Shown here one piece after another: positions 35,801 through 50,423 of a stretch of DNA of 64,000 nucleotides. The notes beneath the pieces are model-generated. The model did no database searches. It was given only the letters and a program-made list of their open reading frames with translations, and was not told the DNA's origin. Position 1 is the first letter of the stretch; each line of letters begins with the position of its first letter. This DNA comes from Leucoraja ocellata (lineage: Eukaryota): the NCBI GenBank assembly GCA_036785375.1, contig JAWMAR010000199.1:4092001-4156000 (forward strand), read 5' to 3'. Position numbers and translations under genes: made by a program.

Positions 35801-37521
35801 GTAGACCCACCTTAATACCAGAACATAACCAAAGGTTTTTGTTTCAGCATTGGAGAGGCCAGCTGGTAGAAGATGTCCGCTAATGTAGTGGTTAGTTACT
35901 GGACTAGCAGTTAAGAGTAATACTTAGTCACAGGAGTCCTGGATCAGAGGAATTAGTTCATTTTGGCAGTTTAACATTTTAAATTAGAGGAAATATGAGT
36001 ATCAGTCATGCTCAATGTGAGTCTAATTGTCATATACCCAAAAACTTGCTCATCCGAGAAGAAAATCTACCAATCTTATCCAATCTGGCCAATATGTAAT
36101 TGCAAAGCCATCAATATGCCCACTCCAGTTTAGGCATGGGCGATAAATGCAACATTGCCAATGTTGTGCTCATCCTCAGAACAAATGAACAAGGATTTGC
36201 TGATCAGGACATTCGCTTTGTCCACAAAACACTTTGCGATCTGTTGAGTGTAAAGAGTTTGCAAATGATGCCCCTCACTATGAGAGCTGTAGATGGAAGC
36301 ACAATATACTGGAAACAAGGATTTGTCCAAATTACTGAAGAAAATATCTTCCGCTTCACATTCATCCTCGGGTTTCGAAGAACCTGATGCCCAACCTGCG
36401 AGGAAAGAGATTGTCACCTTCATCCAATCAATGTGACTCCAGCCCCAGTGTAGTTGACTCCTAACTGTCAACCAAGACAACTAGCCCAGGGCTGCTAGTT
36501 GGTGACCAATTCCAGCTTGTTAAAGTGGGCTAAGGTTCATCTACTGATTACCCAATGAGTCTGACTCTTGCTGCCCATGCAGTTTACATAATAACATCAA
36601 TAAATGGTGTTGGCCTTTACTGCTCCTCAAACCTGCTCAGCCTACTGCTCCTCAACAAGGCCTACTGTTACCTGCTCACACTGAGTATAGATTCCCCTAG
36701 AGCCCAAACTCTGATCCATGTCAACCTAGAATAAGTCAAATGAGTTAACAACACTGCTCTCGGGGGTAACATGGGAAATGTTCCATGGGCAACCTTCCTC
36801 CTTATCTGATCCTTCATCAGTTGATACACTAATCCTGATATTTTACCCTTCATTAATAGATTCTTCCACCAGAAGCAAATTCCTACCATTATCTTCTCTC
36901 TGTCAATAAGGTCACCTCTTACTTTCCTAAATTCTACAGACTTAGGAAAACACAATCCTACTTCCTACATTCCAGGATCAACATATTCCATCAACACAGA
37001 GCAGTTTGTCCCACACGCCCTAAATTCCCACTATCTCTTGTTTCCATGCCAACACACACAACTTGAACTAAGCAGCAAAAGAAAGAATTTCAAACTAAAA
37101 TATAAAATATAAAATTCTTACTGATGTGACCATCATAGTGGATTTTCAGGCAATCTCCAATAATTGGGAAGAGAATTCCTTTTGCCATGTTCTTGCCTTT
37201 CTTCAGCTGCCTCGCCCAAGTTAAATCCTTCATGCACAAGCCTTTACACTGACAATTAATGGGAATACAGTCATCTGTGTGGGGTGATCATGCATAGTTG
37301 TCTACTTCACACTGCCTGGGCTCAAGCTTAAGAAGTCTAAGATTCCGGAAGATTCGGGAAACTAAGTTCAGGCGAGAACACAGAATACATCATTTTAAAG
37401 CTCACTGCAATCAGATTATTGCAATATTACGTATTGTATGCCTCTGTATTTTCAAACTAATTGGATGATTATTGCAATAAAGATTGTGCATGAACTGTTT
37501 GTTTGTTTGTTCATCCTGCAG

Positions 37522-37580
37522 CATTCCGTTTGAACAAGACGTTGAGCACGGAAACACGACGCACTTGGGTGACTGTGAGG
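37522..37580 (+). CDS. sema6b: Semaphorin-6B-like, 59-bp exon after PSI
   Basis: Acceptor cctgcag| and donor G|gtgagt. Translates IPFEQDVEHGNTTHLGDCE (conserved FEQD...G.T..LGDC). Phase 1 matches the last exon. Confidence 0.92.
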
Positions 37581-40500
37581 GTGAGTTTTCACAGAGTAAT
37601 GTGAATCTCATTATCCCCAATGACTCAATGTTACAAGGAGCTGAACGGTGAAGTGTAATCTCCCAACATGAGCTGGGGGAGTAGCCAGCAAACCAGACAT
37701 AACAAGCAACTCCAGAACTAGACCATGTTCATTGGGCTCAGATGAAGAGATGCCAATCATTGTTCCAACAACCTCACTAACGAGAGGGAGGTTTCACGAC
37801 CTGACTCTCCACTGGAGATCCAGAGATCCATGGTCTTAGACTGGGAATAACATAGATAGAATAGTCACTTGGCCAAATTCAGTCCATTATTCTCTGACCA
37901 TGGGCAAGTGAGTGGACAATGAGAACGCTCTCTGATTTTGCTACCGCCCTAGAAATGGCCTCATACAATTGGGTTGAGTCTTGCATGCAGGCGATTCCCA
38001 CATCCCATAAATTAATAACAATAGACTCCAGGATTTTTTGGGGAGAGGGGGTTTCTACGCCCAGGACTAGGGTGGGTAGGGCCCCACTCTGGGTATGTAT
38101 TGTCGGAATGGACCCTGACTTTCAGAGATGGGTTCCTAAATTCCACAACTGTGACGGTGTTCAATTTTACACATTAAATCAAAAAAAAATGTTCATTATT
38201 TTGCACACTCAAATTGTGCCCAAAAAATACACAGAATGTATTTTTGTCATGAATTTCTGATAAGTGAATCCAGTGTTAAAGCAAACAGATGTACTGATAA
38301 TTGGAATTGACTGTTTCCATGGAAGCAGACTAATTTTTTATAAACTAAAATGAGACACCTTCATTCATTGTAAGTGAGACATGACAAATTTGTGTAATAC
38401 AAAGTTGTGCCAACCCCAGGGACCAAGTGTAAGGAGAATTTTAATGAATATTTATGTCGTTTTTATGGCCTTTTTACACCATTCAATTCAAAAAGCAATT
38501 AATCTTGAAGTTTCTATATATATAAAATAATAACTACAAATAATTGGGTTTTGGCATACATTGTTTATGATTCATCACATTTACCAGCATAAAATATTGG
38601 GACTTGATTTTGAACTTTAGATTCAATTTATTTAAATATCATTGTTTTTAAAGTTCAATTTTCACTGTTTGCTCCTCATTTCAAAGCAATTCTAGCAACA
38701 CATTATAAATTAACAGATGCAAGCAGACGGTGCTGGAAATGTTCAACTACACAAACAGCACCTGTGGAGAGAGAAACAGAGTAAATGTTTCATGTTGATG
38801 CCCATATCCAACCTGCGAACATAGCCACGTGTTTGACGTGGGTACAATGTTGAGCAAAACCTTATGAAGCAACGCAGATACACAGTATTGCATCTGGCAG
38901 AACTAGAACATTGTCTCCACAGTTGAGCAAAACCACTGGATACAACGATAGTAATCAATTAGCCAACAAGTCAATGGGATATAGGAGAAACTGGAGCATT
39001 TGTGAAAACGCATGTGGTCACAGGGAGAACATGCAAACTCCACACAGACAGCACGGGAGCATTGAACCCAAGTAACTGGAGCAGGGAGGTCGTAGTTCTG
39101 CCAGCTGCATTACTGTGTATCTGCGTTGCTTTATAGGGTTTTGCTCAACATTTGAGAAGGATAGATCTGCCTTGATTGAATGGTGGAAATTGATGGGCCG
39201 AATGGCTTAATTCTGCTCCTAGAACTTGTTAATGTTATGAACAAGTGGAACTCCATGAGGAATCCAGAGGGAGAAAGGTCAGCAACAGATGCCCAAGACA
39301 CCACTGATTGATTGACCATTGATTGCCAAGTATCCAGCCTCAGCATTGGGACTGGCACATACACACACAAACCCTAACGTTGATGTCTTGCCCACAATGA
39401 AATGTCGGCAGTTCTGTAGGGAAGTGTTGCCATTTCTCTGTAAAATCCAGATGGTTTGCTGTATCTCACGTGTTCTGATCTGCTGCATAATTCCAGCAAT
39501 GTAATTTATGTTCCAAGACCTGTGTTTGGAAACAAAAATGAATCTGCATTGGTTTTTAATGTTATCTGTTTACTGAAGTAAAGTAGAAGCTTCATAGATT
39601 GTAGATGTGCATGAAAACAGTTGGTAAACATGCCATCCCTATAGATTGACCAAGGCCCATTAGTCACACCCGTGCATTTTGAAATTCAGAGAAAATGTTC
39701 GCTTTAACTGTGTAATCTTTGAAGAGAGAGCAATGAAATGCCTGTTGTCTGAAAATCTTTCTCCTTAATGGAAAATGGAGACAAAAGGGAATGTCAGATA
39801 GAGTGGGCACACTCGAAGTGGATGGTAATTATGATTAGAAGCTGAAAAGCAAGATTCAAGATTTCCAATCAGATTTAATCTAGACAGTTGTGTCTAAAGA
39901 AATGCAGGTTGTTTTGGCTTCTATTGAACGAAGTGAGCTCAATTTGAGAATGGGATGGGTTGTGGAGTTGGGTGTAAGGTGAATGATGAAGGGTGAGGGG
40001 TGGTTGTAAAGAAAGTTCACTATTGAAGTGGTGCAGGTGAACTTGACATGGTTAATGTATCCTGAATGAACTCCACAATATATATTTGAGATGAGCTAAC
40101 CAGTCTCAGTCAGAGACAGCTGTGGGAAGATTTAGTCATTGCTGTTCCCCAGGGATGATAAGGAAACAAACCAATCCCATTGCAGCCAAGTCCAGGCACT
40201 GCTACCTGTGACTTGAGTGATTAAAGGAAATGAATTATGCCCAAGGGGAAAAAAAGCTAATTAAACTTCTGTTAATAAAAGTTAGGCTTAGATGCTTGCT
40301 CTAAAGTCAAATCAATAGAATGCTTAGAATTTCAATTATAAAAAAAAATGTTTCTTACCTAATCCATAGAAGGGCCAGAGAAATATGCATCTGGCTAGTT
40401 AAGTTCATCTCAAGGACTAAAACATAAAACGTGATTTAATTTTATCAAATAGAGGGTTTGGAGTTATAATTATACAAGAGGGAACTGACAGACTTTGTTA

Positions 40501-40769
40501 AGAACAGGTGCAACCTGTTTAATGTTGAAAGTATTCTCAATGTGTGCCACCACAGTTGGTCTGTCCGACTGCTAAGTACAACAGGGGTCCTGATGAACAC
40601 TACAGCCCCAATGTTCAGGTGATAATCCAATGCCTATCAGACTTTAGGCATTCTATCTACCCTGCGCTGCTTTTAACTCAACTGCTTCCAACGTCTCCCC
40701 GTGTGTTAGAAACATCAAACTGAAACGTGAATTCATTGATAAACTGTCATCCCAAGAGTAAAGGCATCA

Positions 40770-41430
40770 ATGGGACCAAGTCAAGTCCAGTGAGGCTCAG
40801 GTACCAAGAAAAACCTTGCTTGCAGCATTGCACACACACATGCACACGCACACACACATGCACATGCACACACACACACGAACACACACGCACGCACACT
40901 GAAGGCATTAAACATAAATTACACAAACTTTTTAAAATAAAGAAGTCTGTGGAAATAACATGCTTTTAGTACAAAACACAATTGAAAATTAAGCAGGTGG
41001 ACCATAGTGGCCTTCATCAAGCTATCACTAGATAGGTTGGCTGAAGAACCTGATGGAGTCACGCAGCAAGCCCTCAGCCTGACATCCATCTCAATAAAAT
41101 ACCCTATGCTCCCTGAACATTGTAGGAAAGAAGCTGTTCTTCAACCTGGTGGTGTGAGGCTTCACGTGTCTGAGCCAACTGCCCAATGGTAGAGATGAAC
41201 TGTGCGCAGGGGATCCTTGATGGTAGATGCCACATTCTGGAGGCAGTGCCTCATGTGAATGAATGGGAGGTATGTGTCCATGATGGACCAGGCTTGGTCT
41301 ACCTCCCTCTGCAGCCTCTTGCATTCCCGCATTGGAATGGCCATACCAATCCATGATGCCACCTGTCAGAATACTTTGTATAGGACATCTGTAGAAGTGT
41401 GTTGGGGTCTTCAGAGACATACAGAACCTG
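40770..41430 (-). mobile_element. Rex1/Babar LINE 3' fragment
   Basis: Minus ORFs FYRCPIQSILTGGIMDWYG, ECKRLQREVDQAWSI and VKPHTTRLKNSFFPT. Confidence 0.75.
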
Positions 41431-42513
41431 ATGGAACAGTGTTTGATTCTCTCGGTATCAGCCAGGCATCATACAGTAACTAACAGTGCATTGGGCTTGA
41501 GAGTAAAGCAATATGCTGGTATTCCCACACCCATGGCTAACACTCCCAATGCAAACACAAGTGTGGGCTGAAACATGTTTGGCTGTGATATGCATTGGCT
41601 ATACATTTATGCACAATAGCTCCTCCTAAAGTATTAGAAAACTGTACATGATTGTGATGTCCCACCACGTCCAGCTAAGCGGTAACTACAGTAGTTCACG
41701 TGAGTTCTTGAAACTAAAGCTCGGCAGTGACTCAACCAGTAGAAGCTGCAGAAGATCCGCCTTGCCATTGGACCAGAGGATTCCAGACCAGTTCTGCTCC
41801 CACAGTTCCCATTGGGTGGTCAGTGGACTCACTCTGGGTGGTCATTGGTTGTTCAGTGGGCAAGCCATTGGATTGGATGGTGTAATATTGCCAGTGGCCA
41901 ACCAGCAGCCCATTTTGCATTTGGCTCCATGCTGGTTTCTATGGCCACAGATCAGTTAGTGCCCGACACCACACGCCTTGTGCCCAACGCGACACCACAC
42001 GCCTTGGCCCCAACCCGACACCACACGCCTTGTGACCCAACCCGTGAGGACAGTGACTCCACCCTCTCCGTGCCAGCCAGCACAGTTGGGGGGGGGGGGA
42101 GGGGGCAGAGATGTCCACTGTACACTGTGGGCGGCTCAATTGTAATCATGTATTGTCTTTCCACTGACTGGATAACAAGCAACAAAAGCTTTTCACTGTA
42201 CCTCGGTACAGGTGACAATAAACTAAACTGACTGACTGAGAAAGCATAATGGGCAAATGATGAGATGGGGATAAACTTGTAAAACATGAAATGGAGGCAA
42301 CACAGGAAAATGCATTAATAGTTGAGGAACTTTGTGAGCATGAGATAAATAAAACATGGCATCAGTTAACTGAACATGTAATGCAAGTGGAATTATGAAA
42401 TAGCAAACTAGACCTTGTCATATACAGGAATGATGAACCTTGGCAATGATTAGTGGTGTCCCTGGGGTCAATAAACAATGTTTGTTAACTTATTATGTGT
42501 GTTCCCACCACAG

Positions 42514-43511
42514 GCCTGATCCATGAGAGTTTTGTCGAGGAGCCCAATGGCCTGGTTTCCGTCAACCTCCTGGTGATCTCAGCCATTGCTGCCTTTGTGA
42601 TCGGAGCAGTCATCTCTGGGTTCAGCGTCTGTTGGTTCATTGGCCACCGGGACAAAAAGGACACGGTCAGGAGGAAGGACAAGGAAACTATCCTTTCTCA
42701 CAGTGAGTCGGTGGTCAGTGTAACCAAGCTGGGTGGCATGGTGGAGCGCCGGTCCAGAGGGCAGCCGGAAACCCTGCTCGCTCCACTCATGCAGAACGGC
42801 TGGTCAAAGACCCTGATGAAAACCAGCCAACATCACCTGGATTCCACAGTCCTGCCAACGCCAGAACAAACTCCACTGCAGCAGAAACGCAGTGCAGGAA
42901 TGCGGAGCTGTGAGTGGGATCAGAACCTGATCAACGCCAGTCTGAGAGAGACGTCCTGTGCCGGGTCACCAATGATACTGGTCGACTCCACTCATCACCT
43001 TGGCAACATGCGGGTCATCCCAACCTCCCGACATTCCTTCCACCGGGATAAGGAGCTGGTGAGTGAGAGTACAGATATCATGGACAACCATTATCTTTCC
43101 CACAGCATGAGAGGACAGCTAGACAATGCAGGCTCTCATTACAGGTCATCACTCGGTGGCAATGGAGGCAACCATGCCTTTGTGGAATACTCAATCTCTC
43201 CACATAACAGCCCCAAGAGAAGAAGGGACACGTCAACACCTGTGTTGCCACAAGACTATATTGGGGATGACCCAACATGTTCCACGCAGTGGAATTACGA
43301 GAAAGCTAATGCACCCATACCTTCACAACAAGTGAGGAGTCAAACATTTAACAGAGGGGACAGTTCAGCTGCTCTGCAGAGAAAGGAGCCAGTGACTGTG
43401 CATCACGTACATCTCCATCAGCCAGTCCAATCCATCACTGGCCAACCAGACATCGCAACCTTCAAACCACCAAAAAAGTCAGGCGTGGAAAGGACACCTT
43501 CAGCAAAATGA
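42514..43511 (+). CDS. sema6b: Semaphorin-6B-like, last coding exon (TM helix and cytoplasmic tail)
   Basis: Acceptor ccacag| inside ORF 42495-43511. [56 protein letters not shown] and [13 protein letters not shown] match SEMA6B as I recall it, better than 6A/6C/6D. The seven exons total 1738 nt (1 nt plus 579 codons including the stop). Confidence 0.93.
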
Positions 43512-45441
43512 GACACATTCTGCTTTCCTATTTCTTCATTAATCTTTGTGAAAATGTGTGACAAATATTTAAAAGCAAACGTTAACTACTTGAGGGAAAA
43601 CTGGGCAAGGAGACAACAGTGCTCCTTAAACAAAGACCTGTCCTCAAATTTATCAAATTATTTTCTTTGCAAAAAAAGTACATGAGCTTCAGAAGGATGT
43701 GGGGGAGAATATTACCGAGCAATCTTACTGGATTTCTCCCTACTGCTGCCTCTTCAGGAGCCATAATAACTGAGAAAAATTATCCAGGAATTTTAATTAG
43801 CAATTATTCACAGCAAGATTTTTATTATTGCTAATCTAATAAAACAAATCCCAACTGCACAAGATACTGACTGTGCACTTCACAAAATCATTAGACTCTC
43901 ATCTGAGTTTCTAAAGTTGATTTACTATTACTTTATATCATTGCTGAAACATATTCAGCACAATGCTATGTCTGGCCAAGCGAAACTGGGCTTAATTTCA
44001 CATTTATGCAGATTTGATTAACAGCCATGTATCAGAATCCTAGATTGATACAGCACTTCTGGTCAAACAAACCCTCTCAACATTTTCAACAGAATATTTT
44101 ATTTACACCCATTTTCTTGCTTTTCCCTAAATCAATATTCTTCATCAAATTTCTTTTGAAGACTTGTTGAATCTGCTTTTTTTTAATCTTCTCAGATAGT
44201 TCACGTCAGGTCCTGGCAACACACTGCACAAATGATGTCTTCCTCAAGCCTCGACTTGTTCTATTGCCAATGACCCCATGCTCAAATCATCCACGTACCC
44301 ACCCTCTAACAAAGGAAACAATTTCTCCATTCTCATCCTACAACTCATTTGTCCCTCCAATAACTGAGGTTCCCCATTCTCAGTACCAGTCCTCTATGGC
44401 TCCTTTAAAGCTGTGACACCCGTCCTCACAATTAGCAGCCAAAATTGGCCGTAGAATGTCGGGTCTGACCAGTTAATCAAAACTTCAATTCTTTAGTGTG
44501 TTCTTTATAAAGCCAAGGATCCTGAAAGCATTTTGATAAACCTGGCCATCTTCAGAGATCTGTGGAGATAAACCCTCATAGCTGTCTGTTCTTGCACTCC
44601 CTGTAAAATTGTATTTACATGGTAACATTGATATTAACATGCCCCATGTATTGCTACCCATTAGTATGATTCAATATTGGACACCATTCAAATAAAGTGA
44701 GTTACGGGGAGAAGGCAGAAATGTTGAGAGGTGGATCAGCCATGTTGAATGGCAGAGTAGATGATGGGCTGAATGGCCTAATTCTGCTCCTATCACTTAT
44801 GAACAGGAGATATATTTTCCAAATCTCTCCTGCTGCCCCTTTCTCTTCTGATTTGAATTGCCCAGTGAATGCTTGGCTTGAAGACTGTAGGAGCCACAAG
44901 GGAGTTCAGTTTCCTTCTCATCTGGGATTAGATAATATAATTGACTGATCCCCCCCCCCCCCCCCCCCCCCCCCAATCATTCCTGTGCTAATTGTGCTGC
45001 TGCCTACAATCACCAATACAATTTACCAAGTAATGCATTAACATGAGCATTGAGTTTGCTATTGTCTAAGCACCTAATCAATGAAAGGTTTGTATTCCAC
45101 GACATCAGCCACCTTACAGAAAACACAAATCTAAATTGCATTTTCCTGCTAAATGAAAATATCAGTCATTTTTTTTACATGAAAAGAAAAGCTGCAGGAA
45201 ATCATTTTTGTTTGTCATCCAACCGAAAAGTATAAAATTATAAAGTTGACTTTGAATTTATTATGTAGATTTTCTGTCATGGAGCCAGTTTCTCTAACTC
45301 GACAGGTGTGGTTGTCTCTCTACATTGTTCTACAGCCATGTTTCTACAGGTGTGTTCATGTTCCTGGTTCACAGATGCCCTGTGTAATCTGGAACTCAGA
45401 ACAACAACACCTGAGTTGAATATGGATTGCTTTTAATGTGA

Positions 45442-45522
45442 ACACACACACTCTCTAATACACGCATACAAACACACACACACTCTCTAATACACGCATA
45501 CAAACACACACACACACAAACA

Positions 45523-45579
<57 letters not shown>

Positions 45580-45583
45580 ACAC
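45442..45583. repeat. (CA)n microsatellite
   Basis: Read directly. Confidence 0.95.
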
Positions 45584-47879
45584 AGCCATGTTTAAACTGT
45601 ACCGAATAGCATGAAACAAAATCTTTCCTGTTCATTTATTTTTCAGAAATACTTGATATTTATCTGCCTTCTATCACTTCCAGGAAGTGATGAAAGAAAT
45701 GAACTGAGGTCCAGATTTGGCATAAATTTGATAAGAACCAATTTTGTTTCTAAAACATGGAAAAGCAGTGAAATTATTTTAATTAGTTTGATTCAGATTT
45801 GAACAAAAATGATAACAAATAGTTTAAATTTTAAGCGTTGAATATGGGAATAGAAAACTTCCTTAAGTTCACATTTCAATTCTGTCCAGTACTTATTGAA
45901 ATCTAATCTTTACAAAATACTAAATCTAAGAGGAGCTCCTGGAAGGCAGCAATGAGGGTCCAGGTATAATCGTGATAGCACAAACATTTCTTGGAGAAAA
46001 TATCATTTTATAAAATTTTTAGATAAAGTACAATTTAGAAGCACTGATAATTATGATGATGGTTTAATGGTTGAATTTTGTAACGACTGTGAAAGACTTT
46101 CTCAGTATTCATATATTTATTGTGTGAGGTTGCTAGAACTGTTAGGGAACTTGCTCAGTGCTATACAGTACAATGGGTGGGCACATTGTTCATATCATGC
46201 CCAACAGACCTGTGAAAAACCACACCACACAATGCAGATTCTGTCCTATTTGCACTTGGTTGTGTCCATATGAAGGGTGTTGAGCAGTGCACTAGTGGTT
46301 ACACATCACTAGTAGTGACTGGAGCAGCTGAAGCTGATGAAGATATTATGTGACACAAGTAGCCTATTGGCACAAAGGTGAAATGTATTTGCTCAGGTGC
46401 AATGTTACCTGTGGTGCCCCGCTATCAATGACAACACTTCATTCCAGTGTTCTTCTCACCACTCCCCCTGTGGTCATGTTCCGCTGGGAAATGAGAACAA
46501 TTATCTGACCACTGGCTGTATAAGCCAATTTATAATCTGCTTCAATTCACTGGTCATTGAACAACCGAGGCAAGCTAGCAATGGTGCCAGTCCAGTACGT
46601 GGGTAAGATCATCATTAGGGACTAAGAGGCAGGAGCAGCCTGTCAGAATGTATATACACCACCAGCCGGCTGGGCTTTGAAAGATGTATCATTCTTCCCA
46701 CTCTGCACTATTTATTTTCCATTCATGTTCCCAGCTTGGTGGCAAAAGTCTGCATCAGACTGGGTCTTTCTGCTTTATACTCAAGAACACAAATGTCTAG
46801 TAGCCAATGGGCTTACGAATTACAACTAGCGGCAACCATGGTGATTATTTAAACCATATCCTGAAACATCCATAAAAATGTTTCAACAAGTGTGACTTAA
46901 ATATCAGCAGTTCTATTTATAGCTTTATCTGTTAGGTCAAAATGTATTTTTCAGGTAACTTTGAATCTGATGAGCCAACTGAAGGATATGACAACTATGG
47001 CGGAGAAATTGATCATTAACAATTATACAAAAAGTCTGTTGTTTACTCATTGCTCGCTTTGCATGGTGCATGCCTTGTGTGGGTCTGTGCAAACCTCTTT
47101 TGACATGGGCTTAGATTTGGGCATGGAATGTAGACCCGAGCCAAACTGACCAACCCGTCCAAACCTGTCCAGCAAGGCACTCTGGGCATTGTTTCAGAGC
47201 TAGGCCAAGACTGAATGCAAGACTTCAGGGGACAAACCTTTCTCTTGTAAATAGTGTGTCGTTTACCTCCATTGCATTTGACAAAAAGTAATATTCTACG
47301 ACAGATTCATGATGTTCCGAATTAAACAACTGGGAGTTTGATTCTGCCGTTAACCGTAGCTTTCTTCAACCTCTTTGCATAATTATAATTGTCAGTGCAT
47401 TAAATACAATTTGTCTTAAGGCTGCCAAATCAGTTTCCTTGGGCACCAATTGGAACCACATCACAATGGTTACAGACAACATTTGACCTTCTGTAAACGT
47501 TACCCATGGACATTAGACCTGTTTAAAGAATATCCAATCTGATTCCTGATGATATTGGCGTAAACAATGAACATTACCAGCAAATCCGAGAGGCACAAAT
47601 ATTGGGAACTAGTTTGGTCTTCAGAAGATGGGAAATGCTGCTAGTTTGAAAGGGAAGTCCATTACTAGATCTGACAAGACATAATAACCACACCTCTCTC
47701 GTCAAAATAATGGAGAAAGGGAACTTCTGTAGCATAGCACTTGATTTCTAGCCATAGGTCACAGATATGATGTGCAGGCTAGCCTGCCGCATGTGTGTTT
47801 CTGGTTGAGGGGTGTAATGCCATTGAATGCAGTGCCACGCAATAACAACACGTTACAGTGTAGAAGGAAACATGCAGCA

Positions 47880-48070
47880 TATCTCTACCATAGAGAGTAT
47901 CTCCACCATGGAGAGTATCTCCACCATAGAGAGTATCTCCACCATGGAGAGTATCTCTACCATGGAGAGTATCTCTATCATGGAGAGTGTCTCCACCATG
48001 GAGAGTATCTCCACCATGGAGAGTATCTCCACCATGGAGAGTATCTATCATGTGGAGTACCTCTATCATG
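47880..48070. repeat. 18-bp minisatellite (TATCTCCACCATGGAGAG) x~10
   Basis: Read directly. Confidence 0.95.
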
Positions 48071-48284
48071 CTGACCTGCTGCTGATCATGGTGGTTTTTG
48101 CAGATGTCCTCAACTCAGAAAATGGAGGAAGATGGATGGTGTTGAGATCTTTAAAGGATAACAAATCTCCCAGTTCTAATGGGAAGCTCTGTGTGTGCGC
48201 ATTTGTGTGAGTGTGTTTGTGTGTCAGTGTGTGTTTTTGTTTTACAAAGGGACTGGAACAACAAAATTTCGTTTTTGTTTATGG

Positions 48285-48290
48285 AATAAA
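48285..48290 (+). promoter_or_regulatory. Candidate distal polyadenylation signal of sema6b (alternatives at 43838 and 44691)
   Basis: AATAAA preceded by a U/GU-rich stretch and followed by a tttgttgt element. It would give a 3' UTR of about 4.8 kb. Not provable from DNA alone. Confidence 0.35.
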
Positions 48291-48601
48291 ACCCAATGAA
48301 ATTGCTTTATAATGAAATACCTTTGTTGTCGAATCCACCCCTGATCAGTTCACATTTTGTTCCCATACATAAGTAGAAAAGTGGAAGAGAAGGGAAATCA
48401 TCCTGAACTCTTGTCTTTTTATCAGTGTAGTTATCAATGCTCATTGGGAATGGGATGACATTCAGCTCCACATCCTCATATAGGAAAGGAATCTGTCAAT
48501 CCTCGATATAACCATACGATGAGATTTTATGCTGTTTTAGTGGTTTTAGATATCACCACGAGTCAGTCTGTTGACACAAGATTTCCCAAAGTGGCCCATA
48601 A

Positions 48602-49044
48602 CCCGACCCAAAACGCCACCTATCCATGTTCTCCACAGATGCTGCCTGACCCGCTGAGTTACGCCAGCACTCTGTGAAACGTCACCTATCCATGTTCTCC
48701 ACAAATGCTGCCTGACCCGCTGAGTTACTCCAGCACTCTGTGAAACGTCAGCTATCCATGTTCTCCACAAATGCTGCCTGACCCGCTGAGTTACTCCAGC
48801 ACTCTGTGAAACGTCAGCTATCCATGTTCTCCACAGATGCTGCCTGACCCACTGAGTTACTCCAGCACTCTGTGAAACGTCACCTATCCATGTTCTCCAC
48901 AAATGCTGCCTGACCCGCTGAGTTACTCCAGCACTCTGTGAAACGTCAGCTATCCATGTTCTCCACAGATGCTGCCTGACCCGCTGAGTTACTCCAGTAT
49001 TTCGTGTCTTTTTGTAAACCAGTATCTGTAGTTCCTTGGTTCTA
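48602..49044 (+). repeat. 66-bp satellite array (6 units) of the Penelope terminal-repeat 3' half
   Basis: GAAACGTC recurs at 48676, 48742, 48808, 48874 and 48940. The last unit runs into the normal family tail. Confidence 0.92.
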
Positions 49045-50423
49045 ACGTTAAATCTGTTTCAGGTACGCATTTTGTAAATCCGCTGTAAAATGACATTAGG
49101 TGAATCTTAGGTATTGATGGATCACGTGAGATTAACGATTTTATAAATTCCAATTATCATTCTTCAGGCACCACAGGCAACCGTGAGTGGAATTTTTCCC
49201 CAATTGAAAAATCTCCCTTTTTTTTAAAACACATTATTCATTCCTTTGAAATTTCCAGAGAGCAGAAGTGGTTAATGTATTTACAATTGTGGAGCATCAG
49301 TTGGGAATACATCTGACTGTTTGAGTTAGTCTTCCCATTACCAACAGTCAGACCCACTGGTTTGATCAAAGGATTCTCACTGCTTTGAGAATCAGGTGAA
49401 CCTCTAATTAAATACATTGAGTTGATGACTAACACTGGCAGTAGCTGTCATGGTGTGCACAATGGCCGAACAAGAGATGAATAACTGGAGCATAGAATGG
49501 GAGTGTTCATTCGACCATGTATAAACCTAGCAGTTTAGGGTTCTATGTACCAGGCTGTATCTTAACTCCAAATTATTGTATTGTGCAAAGATCCAAGTGG
49601 CTTTCCCCAAAAGGCTGTCCCAGACTCTTGTGAAACAGATACACACTGGCTCTTTTCTAAATATGGTGTTCTCTTTCTGAAATGTGAATTTAAAATGCTT
49701 ATAAAGGTCCTACATAATAAAAAAAAATCTGATATTGTAGCTGTCCTTTACTTTGTTTGCTGTTCTGATGTTATAGCAAAAGAACAACATTGTGTTGGGG
49801 CATTTCATCATGGCCATGTGTGATATTCTGGAGCACATAACAAATAGCTATGAAATCTTGTACAAGTGAAACACAACACCATCAAACCCAAGCTGTTTTC
49901 TTCGACAGTCCGTGTTTTGCTTAATGTGTGGGGAATATATGTGGGATTTTCAACACTTTATTATGAGTTGTTGTGTCTCATCGCCAGAGATGTCTGCAGT
50001 AAGTGGCAGGGTGAGTTGAATACTCTGCATTATTTCTGATGAATGTTATATCAGTGCACAGTAAGTGGAGATTGAATGCCAACGTGGATTTAACATAGAT
50101 CTTTCAAAACACCTACCAGAATTAAAAATCTGTCCATAGTTCACAGCGAAAATTCCCTTTGTGTAGCCACTATTTGAAACACTGTCAGGTTTTGGTATTA
50201 GCGGGTAGTTTAAAGGTGGCATTACATTGGTGATTTTATGGGTGTTCTGGGAACTACACGAGTCGGTTCTGTTTTTCTCAATATTCGTTGCTGGAAAAGT
50301 ACTTTGTGGAAACTTATTCCACAGTTTAGGGAGAAACGTTTGGAAAAGAAACTCTCAACCATTTTGTCAAATATATTTTTGTAACAAGTCACTACACAAA
50401 AAGATGTGCCTTTTTATAATGTT

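Noticed and set aside
42495-42513. ATG at 42495 as the start of a single-exon 338-aa gene
   Set aside because: It lies in the intron. The exon begins at the AG acceptor (42514), in phase with the upstream exon.
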